Made by a program: the position numbers and the translations under genes. Below are positions 53,525-63,089 of a stretch of 64,000 bases of DNA, piece after piece. The notes under the pieces are model-generated. The model worked only from the letters and a program-made list of their open reading frames with translations, searched no databases and was not told where the DNA came from. Within the stretch, counting starts at the first letter, position 1. Every line of letters begins with the position of its first letter. Source of the DNA: Bdellovibrionales bacterium (GTDB taxonomy: Bacteria > Bdellovibrionota > Bdellovibrionia > Bdellovibrionales > JAUICD01); the NCBI GenBank assembly GCA_965262715.1, contig OZ253553.1:1248001-1312000 (forward strand). Direction: 5' to 3'.

Positions 53525-54517
53525 ATGATAACCAGATATTTATTTTCAACTTTATGCATTTTAGGGCTCATTGCTCTATCCATCAGCGGAATTGCCTGCT
53601 CCCAAAGAGCAAATACTCCATACTATTACGGCTATGGCCCTGCAGGTTCAGGTAATCCAGGATTTCCTAATCCTTATGGTCCTTACACACCACAATCATG
53701 TCATCCTAATGATCCCAATTGTAATTATGGTTACGATGATGACTATGATGATGATTATAGTTATGATTATGATGATGATTATGATGAATGTGATCATAAT
53801 GATCCTGACTTTCAAAATCCAAATTGTATTTTCTGGTCAGATTCTGGAGCCACTGCTGCATTAGCTCAGACCAATGCTTTTGAGGATTTTGCTGATATTA
53901 TGGATCTGAATACAGATCATATAGACAACATCCAGTTCAATCTATCTGTTTCTAATGTAGGCACAAGTGCAAACCCCTTATATGGAGGAACTATCAACAT
54001 AGGTTTCTATAATGAAGCAGATGATGACGTCAATAAAGTAAAAGGTGAAGCTAGTTTAAGTGCTGACCAAGTCCCTTACAATCACTGGGTCTTACATGAC
54101 AAACACTATATTAAGTTATTTTTTGAAGTCAAAGGCGGAGCCTTTATCGTAGTCGCCCACGCTAGCGGAGATAGTCAATTATTAACAGGAGATATTTATT
54201 TTAAAGAGTTTAATAGCAGACTATGCGCCATCTCAAATACATGGCCATGGTATGGCTGCGGTAAAGCTGACTTTTACAGAGGTGGAAATCATTGTTGGAA
54301 CCTACCTTATGCAGATAACCACTTTGATGATGCTGGCTTTAATGTACATGATTGCCGTGCCTTCCTTGTAGATAAAGACAGAGATAATGGAGAGCATGCT
54401 AGAGTAGATACAAGCTCAAGTATTCATCCTGGAATAACAACTTATGGCAGCTATAGATCCATTGGCAGCTTCCAATATTTAGTTCCACAAGACGCTGGGA
54501 TCACTCTACCTCAGTAG
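53525..54517 (+). CDS. lipoprotein with Tyr/Asp-rich repeat and Cys-containing C-terminal domain
   Basis: Lipobox GIAC; YDDDYDDDYSYDYDDDYD. Confidence 0.8.
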   Translation: MITRYLFSTLCILGLIALSISGIACSQRANTPYYYGYGPAGSGNPGFPNPYGPYTPQSCHPNDPNCNYGYDDDYDDDYSYDYDDDYDECDHNDPDFQNPNCIFWSDSGATAALAQTNAFEDFADIMDLNTDHIDNIQFNLSVSNVGTSANPLYGGTINIGFYNEADDDVNKVKGEASLSADQVPYNHWVLHDKHYIKLFFEVKGGAFIVVAHASGDSQLLTGDIYFKEFNSRLCAISNTWPWYGCGKADFYRGGNHCWNLPYADNHFDDAGFNVHDCRAFLVDKDRDNGEHARVDTSSSIHPGITTYGSYRSIGSFQYLVPQDAGITLPQ

Positions 54518-54599
54518 ATAGGAAGAAAAGATAAAAAAGAAATAAAAAAACATAAGAAAATGATTGAATACAGGTTTTAAAAATAGAAGGAGCTAAGCA

Positions 54600-55379
54600 A
54601 TGAAGCACTCAATAATTGATAATTTAAAAAGACAAATAAAACTTCTAAGCAAATCTCTGCTTACCAGCACAGATACAACAAGATGTTTTAAAAGAGTTTC
54701 ATTAGGATTACTTGCTATTTTTGTTTTATCTTCTGCTGTAGTGGGTTGTGGATTAAATAAAGGATCTCGATTTGGCTCTAATGGTTATGACCGCTTTGGC
54801 GGTGGTTATCGACATGTCTTCGGCCAAAACATGCCAGGACACATTATAGACACAGCATCTGGATACAATATGAACAGACATCAAATCCAGTTAGAATTCA
54901 GAAGAGTCGGTTCCTCACAAGGCTATGATTTTAACCATGTTAATTCAAGAAGTGGTCTTATTGACATTCAAGGTGAAGTCATTTTCAGTGACTCTATCAA
55001 TTCTAGTTACTATACTCATGCTGGCTATAGCGGAGGTTATGGTGGAGGATATGGTCATCAAGATCCAAGATCTGCTGGTGGTTATGGTTATGACCCTTGT
55101 TATATACAACCTGATCAATATTTAAGAGTTTCCCTAGACCCTCAGTTTGGTTTTGCCCAAATGGAAAGTAATGACTTTGGTAATTATGAACTTCTCGCTC
55201 AAGGTCAATATGGAGAATTAATTAGACTATCTCCTGTTAATCCTATGGTTGGAGCAAGCTTTCTTCTTGGACATAACAGTCCTAATGGTGAAGTCAATGT
55301 ATTTATGGACGTGATTGTTCAAAGAATAGACGCTCCTGATGCTTATTGTCCTGAAAGACGAGTGACTTTTGGTTCTTAA
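54600..55379 (+). CDS. Gly/Tyr-rich lipoprotein
   Basis: AAGGAG RBS, lipobox VVGC, GYSGGYGGGYG. Confidence 0.75.
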   Translation: MKHSIIDNLKRQIKLLSKSLLTSTDTTRCFKRVSLGLLAIFVLSSAVVGCGLNKGSRFGSNGYDRFGGGYRHVFGQNMPGHIIDTASGYNMNRHQIQLEFRRVGSSQGYDFNHVNSRSGLIDIQGEVIFSDSINSSYYTHAGYSGGYGGGYGHQDPRSAGGYGYDPCYIQPDQYLRVSLDPQFGFAQMESNDFGNYELLAQGQYGELIRLSPVNPMVGASFLLGHNSPNGEVNVFMDVIVQRIDAPDAYCPERRVTFGS

Positions 55380-55569
55380 TTTGATCTTTAAGATTTTATA
55401 ACTTGATCTTAGGCATTAAGTGCATGTAAATATGACTATCAAGACATTTTTTTTGTAAGAGATAGTATGATGATATTTAATTTGCACTATTTTCTAAAAA
55501 AAGATAATCAAAAGTTTCCAGGCTTTTTGCCTTTTAAATCTATCAAGCGCATTAAGAAAGGCAATTCTA

Positions 55570-56532
55570 ATGGCTTTTGAGAAGCATCTAAAGAAGTCCT
55601 CTCTAGAAAAACAGACTTTACCACTGCTTGATGTGTTTTTAAATAACTTAAAATGCTCTACCAATACACGACTTGCTTACAAGCAAGACCTATCTATTTA
55701 CGGGGAATTTGTACTTACTCCAAATAGCAATAATATTAAAGATTTTATTCTTTTTATGAACAGACGTGGATTAAGTCCAAGATCACAAGCTAGAGTTATC
55801 AGTAGTTTAAAAAAATATTTTAAGTTTTTACGCGCAAATCAAATTCAACATCAAGATTATAAGGAGTTTTGGAGTGAGTTTTATCGTTTTTCCACGCCGT
55901 ATATACCACCACCCCAAGTTCTCACTATCGATGTTTTTGAAAAACTCTATAAAGCCTGCAAGGCAGATTCACCTTTTAAGTCAATAAGAAATCAAATTAC
56001 ACTCCTTATGCTGTTTGATTTAGGCCTTCGAGTCACTCAACTGATAAACCTTAATTTACAAGATTTTAATACAGATAAAAATGTGATGAGAATTCTAAAA
56101 AAAGACAATCAAAAGGAACATACTATCCCTCTTTCCCATCTCCTTTCACACCACTTAAAACTCTATCTTTCAAAATCACGAAAACACTTTAAACCAGATA
56201 AAAGTACAAATTCTATTTTACTCAATGATAAAGGTAAGCGTCCTAGTCGGATTGATCTTTGGCGTTGGCTCTCTATATGGTCAAAGGCTGCTGGACTTAA
56301 TGAAACAATTAGCCCTCAACAATTCCGCCATGGTTTTGCAGTAGCTTTATATAAATCCGGTGCTGATCTAAAATCTATTCAAAAATTATTGGGGCATTCT
56401 CGTCTGGAAAATACAAAAATTTATCAATCTGTCATTACAGATGAGGATGAAAGTGACCCACTCAAATTAGTGATAAACGATCATCATCCTCTTTCTAGAT
56501 CATCATTCTATAAATCTAAAAATTCTTTTTAA
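55570..56532 (+). CDS. xerD: tyrosine recombinase, XerD-like
   Basis: S.NT..AY..DL, LSPRSQAR.ISS, GLR, FRH.FA, GADL.SIQ.LLGH, T.IY, C-terminal HHP. Confidence 0.75.
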   Translation: MAFEKHLKKSSLEKQTLPLLDVFLNNLKCSTNTRLAYKQDLSIYGEFVLTPNSNNIKDFILFMNRRGLSPRSQARVISSLKKYFKFLRANQIQHQDYKEFWSEFYRFSTPYIPPPQVLTIDVFEKLYKACKADSPFKSIRNQITLLMLFDLGLRVTQLINLNLQDFNTDKNVMRILKKDNQKEHTIPLSHLLSHHLKLYLSKSRKHFKPDKSTNSILLNDKGKRPSRIDLWRWLSIWSKAAGLNETISPQQFRHGFAVALYKSGADLKSIQKLLGHSRLENTKIYQSVITDEDESDPLKLVINDHHPLSRSSFYKSKNSF

Positions 56533-56573
56533 AACAAACTAGTGGTTGTTTACATTTTGTGCTAAGTTCCTGA

Positions 56574-56739
56574 AGTTAAAGCGTATGGCAGGCTTCTTCC
56601 ATAGGCAACAGAGGGGCTTAAGTGCCTTGTATTGCTTTCACTTTATGCTTTTATTATAGATAAAATATTTTATACAAGCCTTATCTCCTAAGGTGCTGGC
56701 TGGAGGCCTATTCCAAAAGCTTGCCATACTCTTTTAACT
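56574..56739 (+). repeat. repeat family 3 (TATGGCAG...TGCCATA ends)
   Basis: Homologous to 63145-63304 (CTTCTTCCATA.GCAAC, AAGTGCCTTGTATTGCT, TTTTATTATAGA). Confidence 0.8.
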
Positions 56740-56848
56740 ATGAATGTCTATTGTATATAACACTAAAAAAGTCTAAAGTGAAACTTCGAAAGGTAAACAA
56801 CCCCTAGTTAATTCAAAATATTTTTTGTACTTGTTTTTGAATAAATAA

Positions 56849-57529
56849 TTAAGAATCATCCAAACGATTCAAATTGTATCTAGAAGAAGGTTCACAAAGG
56901 CTATAGTCTCTTGTTGAACGATATTCAACAGAAGGAAATTCAAGATTGTGTGAAAATCCCATATCAATAAAAGAACAACCCATAACTCCAGACCAATAAC
57001 GAAGGATAAAATCAAAATTGGTATTAGAAGGATTTTTTATAACAGAAAACATATATCCCTTTGCAACAAAAATAGGTTGTAGTTGTTCTTCTTTAGAAAG
57101 AGAATTATTTAAATTATAAACAAGAACAGAAGAGACATGATCTTTTGATGTGTCCGGATTTTCTTCATTAGAGAAAAAAACAGAAGGGTATATGACAATT
57201 CTCCACTGCTTGATAATTGTCTGTTGCGACTTAGGAGGAGTCTTAGTGTTTTTGTGTTTTAATTGACCAGTAGGAATAAATCTTTTGATTTTTTCTTTAT
57301 TAGTTGTCCCAAATAAATAAACAGTCCGTCCATTTTTAGCTGTCAGCCAGTTCTCATCTGTCAAATCTGTTTTATAGAAATAGTTAGAAGTAGGTTCAAA
57401 AGAAGAAGTCTTCCAACTATACAAATAGGAAAGAAGAACAAAGGGAAATAAGAGAAAAAATATAAGTTTCATTTCTTTATTCAAAAATCTATTAATCTTT
57501 TTGTTAGTTTTTGGAATATAGTTATTCAT
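56849..57529 (-). CDS. hypothetical exported protein
   Basis: N-terminal hydrophobic segment; GGCGAGG RBS before ATG 57529. Confidence 0.65.
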   Translation of the reverse strand: MNNYIPKTNKKINRFLNKEMKLIFFLLFPFVLLSYLYSWKTSSFEPTSNYFYKTDLTDENWLTAKNGRTVYLFGTTNKEKIKRFIPTGQLKHKNTKTPPKSQQTIIKQWRIVIYPSVFFSNEENPDTSKDHVSSVLVYNLNNSLSKEEQLQPIFVAKGYMFSVIKNPSNTNFDFILRYWSGVMGCSFIDMGFSHNLEFPSVEYRSTRDYSLCEPSSRYNLNRLDDS

Positions 57530-57904
57530 AAACTTATCCTCGCCAAGATCAAGCATGGAAATCTTTTTTCAATTCTCTTTAAAGAACTTATCGATTGTGA
57601 GGTTAAAGTTTTGAGGTTTTTCTAGTATAAAAAACTATAACTGTAAGAGTTTTCCCTTGATGACTTCATAGTTCTATTTTAAAAGACTTTTACAGAAAAG
57701 CAAGTTATAATTCCCGAATCTTTTGAACATTAAAAATATCCAGCTTTAAAATCAATACCCTGAGGTTAGCTCTTTCCTCTTTTTATCATTAGCTCTTATC
57801 ACTTCTTATCTTATTGTTTATTTGGCTTTCAATATTTAATGTTTTCAAATAGAAGAATTGAACTTGAATGGTAATGATAAGTTTTAAGAAGCTGTGGAAA
57901 AGTA

Positions 57905-58010
57905 AAAACATTTTCCTTAACCTTGTGTAAAAAAATGAAGAGTATCTTGCTCCTAAAAATGGCTATTTTTTCTAGGCATTGCCTGTTTTTCTGATTGCCC
58001 GCCTGCCAGA
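57905..58010 (-). repeat. partial reverse hairpin module plus family-2 patch
   Basis: TTTTCCTTAACCTTGTGTAAA...GAGTATCT...CCTAAAAATGG...TTTCTAGGCATTGCC, then GATTGCCCGCCTGCCAG. Confidence 0.7.
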
Positions 58011-58181
58011 TTAAAATAAGGACTTAATTTTAATAAGATATAGCTGAGAATTTCAATAATTTATCTCGAAACAGCAAAAACTCCTAGAATAGTTTTTTGG
58101 CTGCATTAGGCTTCGTTCACTTTATCATAAGAATTACTTATATCATGTTTGAAATTACTTTGTAAGTATCCTAGCCTATAA

Positions 58182-59214
58182 GTGCCTATGAGATTATTAC
58201 GTAAGGGGCATATTCTACTGGCTCATCTTATTTTTATAAGCATAGCTGTGTGCTTGTTTAAAAGTGCATTAGCTAAACATTCCTATCAAAGTCCTCACCC
58301 GCATTTAGAACCTATGATCCAAGATCTTCTTAATTTTTCTGGTTTGAATTGGCAGTCTATTTTGCCAACTGTAAGAGGCATACTTATAAAGAATTCAGAT
58401 TTAATAAAGAGCTTGCAAGAAAGTGAAACCCACAGTGATTTCTTACCTTATATTGCAGAATATGAAATCTTGAAAGGTTCGCCCATCAACCCTAATATTA
58501 GAATCTTTTTCTATGACGGATCAAAACTACCATTAAATCATATACATCAAATCAATACTTCACGCGGAGCTTGCTTCTCTGGATTGATTTTTGTATTCAT
58601 AAATATACGCTATTGGTCTACTACTAATTCTCGTATCATTTTAGACAGACAAACACACCATCTTATATTAGACCGTTATGCCAATGGAGGCCTACTCCTA
58701 TCAAATACATCACCACGATGGTATTTAGATGGAAATGCATATAGAAAACTGTCTTATGAAGAGAGAATTTTTTACAAACAAGAATCTACAATATTAGAAG
58801 AACAAAGAGAAGAAAGATTATCTGATATGCAAAAACTGGCGCGAAGGGATTTTCTCAGACACATTGATTTGTTTCATGAGTTAGGTCATTGTGATCTCAA
58901 CCGTGGACATGAGAATCATAATGATTCTATCATGGGCAAAAGTTTTACAAATCATATAGATGGAATTGTAAGTGAACAGTACCCTCATATTGATCTTAAT
59001 GATCTTTTTGATGATCTGCTTGATGAGTTTTTTTTCAAAAAGAGATACTAGATATACTATATATAATGATGTAAGTTGGTTCACATCTATTATGAATAGA
59101 TTCCGAAACAATTCTAACGAATCAGAACTTATAGACAATTTGCGTAGATCCCTCCAAGATATTAACGACCTCAACAGTGTAAGAGTTACAGACAATGAAA
59201 GGACTACAAACTAA
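58182..59214 (+). CDS. secreted zinc metallopeptidase-like protein, apparently frameshifted at the T8 run 59028-59035 (first frame stops at 59051)
   Basis: Signal peptide; FHELGHCDLNRGH...SIM. Removing one T fuses it to the open frame ending at 59214. Confidence 0.65.
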
Positions 59215-59219
59215 AATAA

Positions 59220-59390
59220 AGCTCATTATCTCACTTATTGATTTTCCACTTTTCAAAAGTACTGAAAGCTGATATCGTTCTCTTTGGATTATGTAGCTCA
59301 TGGGATGCTCTTTTGTTCTTGAAGAATAAGAGGACTTTTCCAACTCTTCTTAAAAAACTATCTAAGAGGTTACACTTGCTACTTAAACCT
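59220..59390 (-). mobile_element. IS30-family remnant (left end and start of transposase)
   Basis: MSY...ERYQLSVLLKSGKSISEI resembles the IS30 N-terminal HTH. AGGTTTAAGTAGCAAGTGTAAC upstream is a plausible IRL. Confidence 0.6.
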
Positions 59391-59412
59391 ACTTAATAAA
59401 GGAATCACTAAA

Positions 59413-59820
59413 GTGACAACAAAACCTATACGAGTTTTACTAGCTAAACCTGGTTTAGATGGACATGATCGAGGGATAAAAATCGTTGCAAAAGCTCTAA
59501 GAGATGAAGGATTCGAGGTTATCTATACAGGCCTTCATCAAACCACACAGATGATTGCTATGGCCGCCTTGCAAGAAGACGTCGATGTGATTGGCCTCTC
59601 AATACACTCTGGAGCGCATATTTCTATCATCAAGTCTCTACAAGAAGAAATGCAAGACCTTAAGTTAAAAAAACCTATATTTGTAGGAGGTATCATTCCA
59701 GAAGACGATACAAGCACACTCCTTAATATGGGGGTAACAAAGGTTTTTGGTCCAGGCACTCCTCTCAAACACATTACTAAAACCACTAAAGATTTAGCAT
59801 CCCACAACCTAACCTCTTAA
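59413..59820 (+). CDS. cobalamin-binding subunit of acyl-CoA (methylmalonyl-CoA) mutase
   Basis: AKPGLDGHDRG, EVIYTGL, QEDVDVIGLS..SGAH, GGIIP. Confidence 0.93.
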   Translation: MTTKPIRVLLAKPGLDGHDRGIKIVAKALRDEGFEVIYTGLHQTTQMIAMAALQEDVDVIGLSIHSGAHISIIKSLQEEMQDLKLKKPIFVGGIIPEDDTSTLLNMGVTKVFGPGTPLKHITKTTKDLASHNLTS

Positions 59821-59833
59821 AGGCATTTAAAAT

Positions 59834-60931
59834 ATGAGTTTAAAATGTGGAATCGTTGGCTTACCTAATGTTGGAAAAAGCACCCTATTTAATGCTCTTA
59901 CCAAAGCTCAAGTTGCTAGTGCCAACTATCCTTTTTGCACAATTGAACCTCATGTTGGAGTGGTGACAGTTCCTGATCCTCGTTTAAATAAAATTGCTCA
60001 AATTATGAGCTCTCAAAAAATCATCCCAACCACAATTGAGTTTGTAGATATCGCAGGATTGGTTGAGGGCGCAAGTCAAGGACAGGGGCTTGGAAATAAG
60101 TTTTTAAGTCATATCAGGCAAACTCATGCTATTATTCATACTGTAAGATGCTTTGAAGATGATGACATAACTCATGTCCATGGAAAAATAGATCCAGAAC
60201 ATGACACTTCTATTATAGAAACCGAACTCTTACTAGCCGATTTGGAAGTTGTAGAAAAACGCCTTTCGAAATTAAAAAAAGAAAGCAAAGGAAGAGGTCT
60301 TACTTCTCTAAAACAAAAAGAGATAGAATGCATGGAGATTGCCTATCAACTCTTAAAAGAAGGAAAACCTATATTTACAGCTCCTATTGAAATGAGAGAT
60401 GACTTAAAAAATTTAGATCTTCTTACTGCTAAACCCACCCTCTATGTGTGCAATGTCTCTGAAGATGACCTGATGAACTCAAAGAACAAAGGTGTGGAAT
60501 TTGTTATAAATAAAGCAAAAAAAGAAAAAAATCAGGTGGTATTGATTTGTTCTAAATTAGAAGAAGAAATGATGCAGCTAACACCGGCAGAACAATCTGA
60601 ATTCTTACAATCAATAGGATTAGATCAAATAGGGCTACATCGCCTTATATTAGAGGCCTATAAGTTGCTTCATCTTATAACCTTTTTTACAGCAGGACCT
60701 AAAGAAACAAGAGCATGGACTATCGAAAGAGGAACTCTCGCTCCACAAGCTGCTGGAAAGATTCACTCAGATTTTGAAAAAGGGTTTATTCGCGCAGAAG
60801 TTTATACTTGTCAGGACCTGTTTGAACTTAAGTCAGAGATAGCCATAAAAGAACATGGCCACTACCGATCTGAAGGCAAAGACTATATCGTCAAAGATGG
60901 CGATATTCTGCTTATAAGATCAAATGTCTAA
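59834..60931 (+). CDS. ychF: redox-regulated ATPase YchF
   Basis: GIVGLPNVGKSTLFNALT, NYPFCTIEP, DIAGLV.GAS, APQAAG.IHSDFEKGFIRAE. Confidence 0.98.
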   Translation: MSLKCGIVGLPNVGKSTLFNALTKAQVASANYPFCTIEPHVGVVTVPDPRLNKIAQIMSSQKIIPTTIEFVDIAGLVEGASQGQGLGNKFLSHIRQTHAIIHTVRCFEDDDITHVHGKIDPEHDTSIIETELLLADLEVVEKRLSKLKKESKGRGLTSLKQKEIECMEIAYQLLKEGKPIFTAPIEMRDDLKNLDLLTAKPTLYVCNVSEDDLMNSKNKGVEFVINKAKKEKNQVVLICSKLEEEMMQLTPAEQSEFLQSIGLDQIGLHRLILEAYKLLHLITFFTAGPKETRAWTIERGTLAPQAAGKIHSDFEKGFIRAEVYTCQDLFELKSEIAIKEHGHYRSEGKDYIVKDGDILLIRSNV

Positions 60932-61033
60932 GCCCTGCCTTTATTCCATTTTTTCATATACCCTTCTTTAGTCCTTAAGGATGGTTTTTTTTCTCTTTGG
61001 CAGTTAGAATAAGTTTAAAGAAACGAGGAATAA

Positions 61034-63064
61034 ATGTCTATTTGGACCAAACGACTTTTAGTTTTCAGCATAATACTTCTATTTCATCTAGGAATTGTTT
61101 TTGCTCAAAAAAATGATGATATTGACAGTGATTTTGATGAAAGCCTATCAGAAGAATTAGCAGATGGATTTGATGATCTAGAAGCAGCCGACCAGGAAGA
61201 GTTTGGAACTCCAAAAGCTGCCACTCAAACAGAAGAAGACCTTATCAGTGAAGAGTTTGATAACTTAGAAGAAGAGGAAGCTATTGCAGATGATAAAAAG
61301 ATACAGCCCACCAAAAAAGGAGTCGTAGCTAAAGATAAACTACAAGAACCAACAGATGAAGATTTAGATGCAGAGTTTCGTCCAGACGAATTAGAAAGAG
61401 AGGAAGTCGATGGCGGAGTTATTGCTGAAACACCTGAAAAAGTAGAACAAATAGACCAAGAGCTTGAACAAGAACTTAGAGAAGACAAATTAGAACAAGA
61501 GGAAGTGGCAGATACAAAACAACCAGAAGACATGATCGTAGAAGAAGAGCCTATACTAGAGCAAACTATTGCTGAAGAAGAAGAAACTGATCTCGTTCAA
61601 CAAGCAGATGAAACTGAAGAAGATGTGATAGAAGAACCTATTGTTGAAGAAAAAGCAGAAGAGATAGAAGAAGCACCTATTGCTGAAGAAGAACCTGAAA
61701 TAGAAGATGTTGAAGAACAACAAATTGAACTGACTGAACAGCTAGAGACTGAACAACCAGAGCTTGAACAGCCTGAACAGTTAGAAGAAATTCAAGAAGA
61801 ACCTGAAAGCTTAGTTTTAATCTCAGCTGAACCAAATATAGAATTAGAGAGATTTTTAGATCGTATTTTTAAAACCAACTCTGACCGTCTCTCAGATGAG
61901 AGATGGCTTCAAATCACACAGTCTATACAAGAAGACACCTATCGTATTCAAGTAGGTGACACTCTCTGGGATATCAGTGTTACATTCTTTGGTAATGGAC
62001 ATTTTTGGCCAAAACTTTGGCAGCTTAATAATGCTATCACGAATCCCCATCTTATTTATCCAGGACAATTTTTGCGATTTATTTCAGGTGGTGTAGAAAC
62101 CACACCTTATATTGAAGTCACAGATGTTCAGCAAGAGGAGCAAGAACAAAAAGATCAAGAAGTGCAACAACAAGTAGCTGATATTGAAGATGACATAGAA
62201 GAAGGAGAGATTGAAGAAGAAGATAGCGTACTTGAAATTGAAAAACCTATTATCCCTCCACGCGTAAGATCAAAGGCTGTCCTCAAAGAACTACCTAAAA
62301 GCCTTTTGAACTCTGACTTAAACTTAGATAAAATGTTTGGTAGCTTATCTGATAGAAATAAAATAACTATAGAATCTGTAACTCCTAAAGCCACTGGCAC
62401 TTATATTCAAGCTTTTCATTTTTTATCAGAGCGTCCGCCAAGATCATTAGGAAAAATCGTTGATGTGGAACAGTGGCATCAATTAGCCTCTTTAAGACAA
62501 CATATTTATATTCAATCCCCTAATTTAAGTATCGGAAGCAGATATATAGTATTTAAGAAAAAACATAGTGTGAGAAACCCAAGAACAGGTAGAAGATTAG
62601 GAAATACTATCGAACTCCAAGGAGAAGTCGAAGTCATTCAACGAATGCCCTATCCAAGAAATATCTATAAAGCAATCGTAAGAAAACAAAACACACCTGT
62701 GGAAGAAGGTAGTCATATAGGACTTATAAGTATCCCTCGTGTTAAATTAAACCTAGAAGGCCGAGAGTCAAACATAAGAGCCGAAGTTGTTGGAGGAGGA
62801 AGCACTGCAGATCCTCAAATATTACTTGCGAGGTATTCTTTTGTCTTTCTAGATAAAGGCAGCCGATCAGGAATTTCTGTAGGAGATATCCTAACAGTCT
62901 TAAGAAATCAATCTGTTAGAGCAGATAAATCACGTTTTGTCCAAGGGGATAGACCTCCAATTGCTAAAGTCAAGGTGGCTAGAGTAACACCAGAGACAAC
63001 TACAGCCTTTATCGTTCAATCAGATGCTGAGGTCCTTGTTGGCGATTACACTAAGGGAAGATAA
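61034..63064 (+). CDS. LysM peptidoglycan-binding protein (TsaP-like) with long acidic N-terminal region
   Basis: Signal peptide; YRIQVGDTLWDIS...WPKLWQLN..ITNPHLIYPG. Confidence 0.85.
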   Translation: MSIWTKRLLVFSIILLFHLGIVFAQKNDDIDSDFDESLSEELADGFDDLEAADQEEFGTPKAATQTEEDLISEEFDNLEEEEAIADDKKIQPTKKGVVAKDKLQEPTDEDLDAEFRPDELEREEVDGGVIAETPEKVEQIDQELEQELREDKLEQEEVADTKQPEDMIVEEEPILEQTIAEEEETDLVQQADETEEDVIEEPIVEEKAEEIEEAPIAEEEPEIEDVEEQQIELTEQLETEQPELEQPEQLEEIQEEPESLVLISAEPNIELERFLDRIFKTNSDRLSDERWLQITQSIQEDTYRIQVGDTLWDISVTFFGNGHFWPKLWQLNNAITNPHLIYPGQFLRFISGGVETTPYIEVTDVQQEEQEQKDQEVQQQVADIEDDIEEGEIEEEDSVLEIEKPIIPPRVRSKAVLKELPKSLLNSDLNLDKMFGSLSDRNKITIESVTPKATGTYIQAFHFLSERPPRSLGKIVDVEQWHQLASLRQHIYIQSPNLSIGSRYIVFKKKHSVRNPRTGRRLGNTIELQGEVEVIQRMPYPRNIYKAIVRKQNTPVEEGSHIGLISIPRVKLNLEGRESNIRAEVVGGGSTADPQILLARYSFVFLDKGSRSGISVGDILTVLRNQSVRADKSRFVQGDRPPIAKVKVARVTPETTTAFIVQSDAEVLVGDYTKGR

Positions 63065-63089
63065 CTTCTGAAACTTCAAGATAATACTT

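Noticed and set aside
53571..53864. Met/Ile-rich 97-aa ORF
   Set aside because: Alternate-frame reading of the GAT/TAT repeat in the lipoprotein gene
55570..59390. prophage or integrative element around the tyrosine recombinase
   Set aside because: No phage or conjugation genes and no att repeats; the protein has XerD-like features
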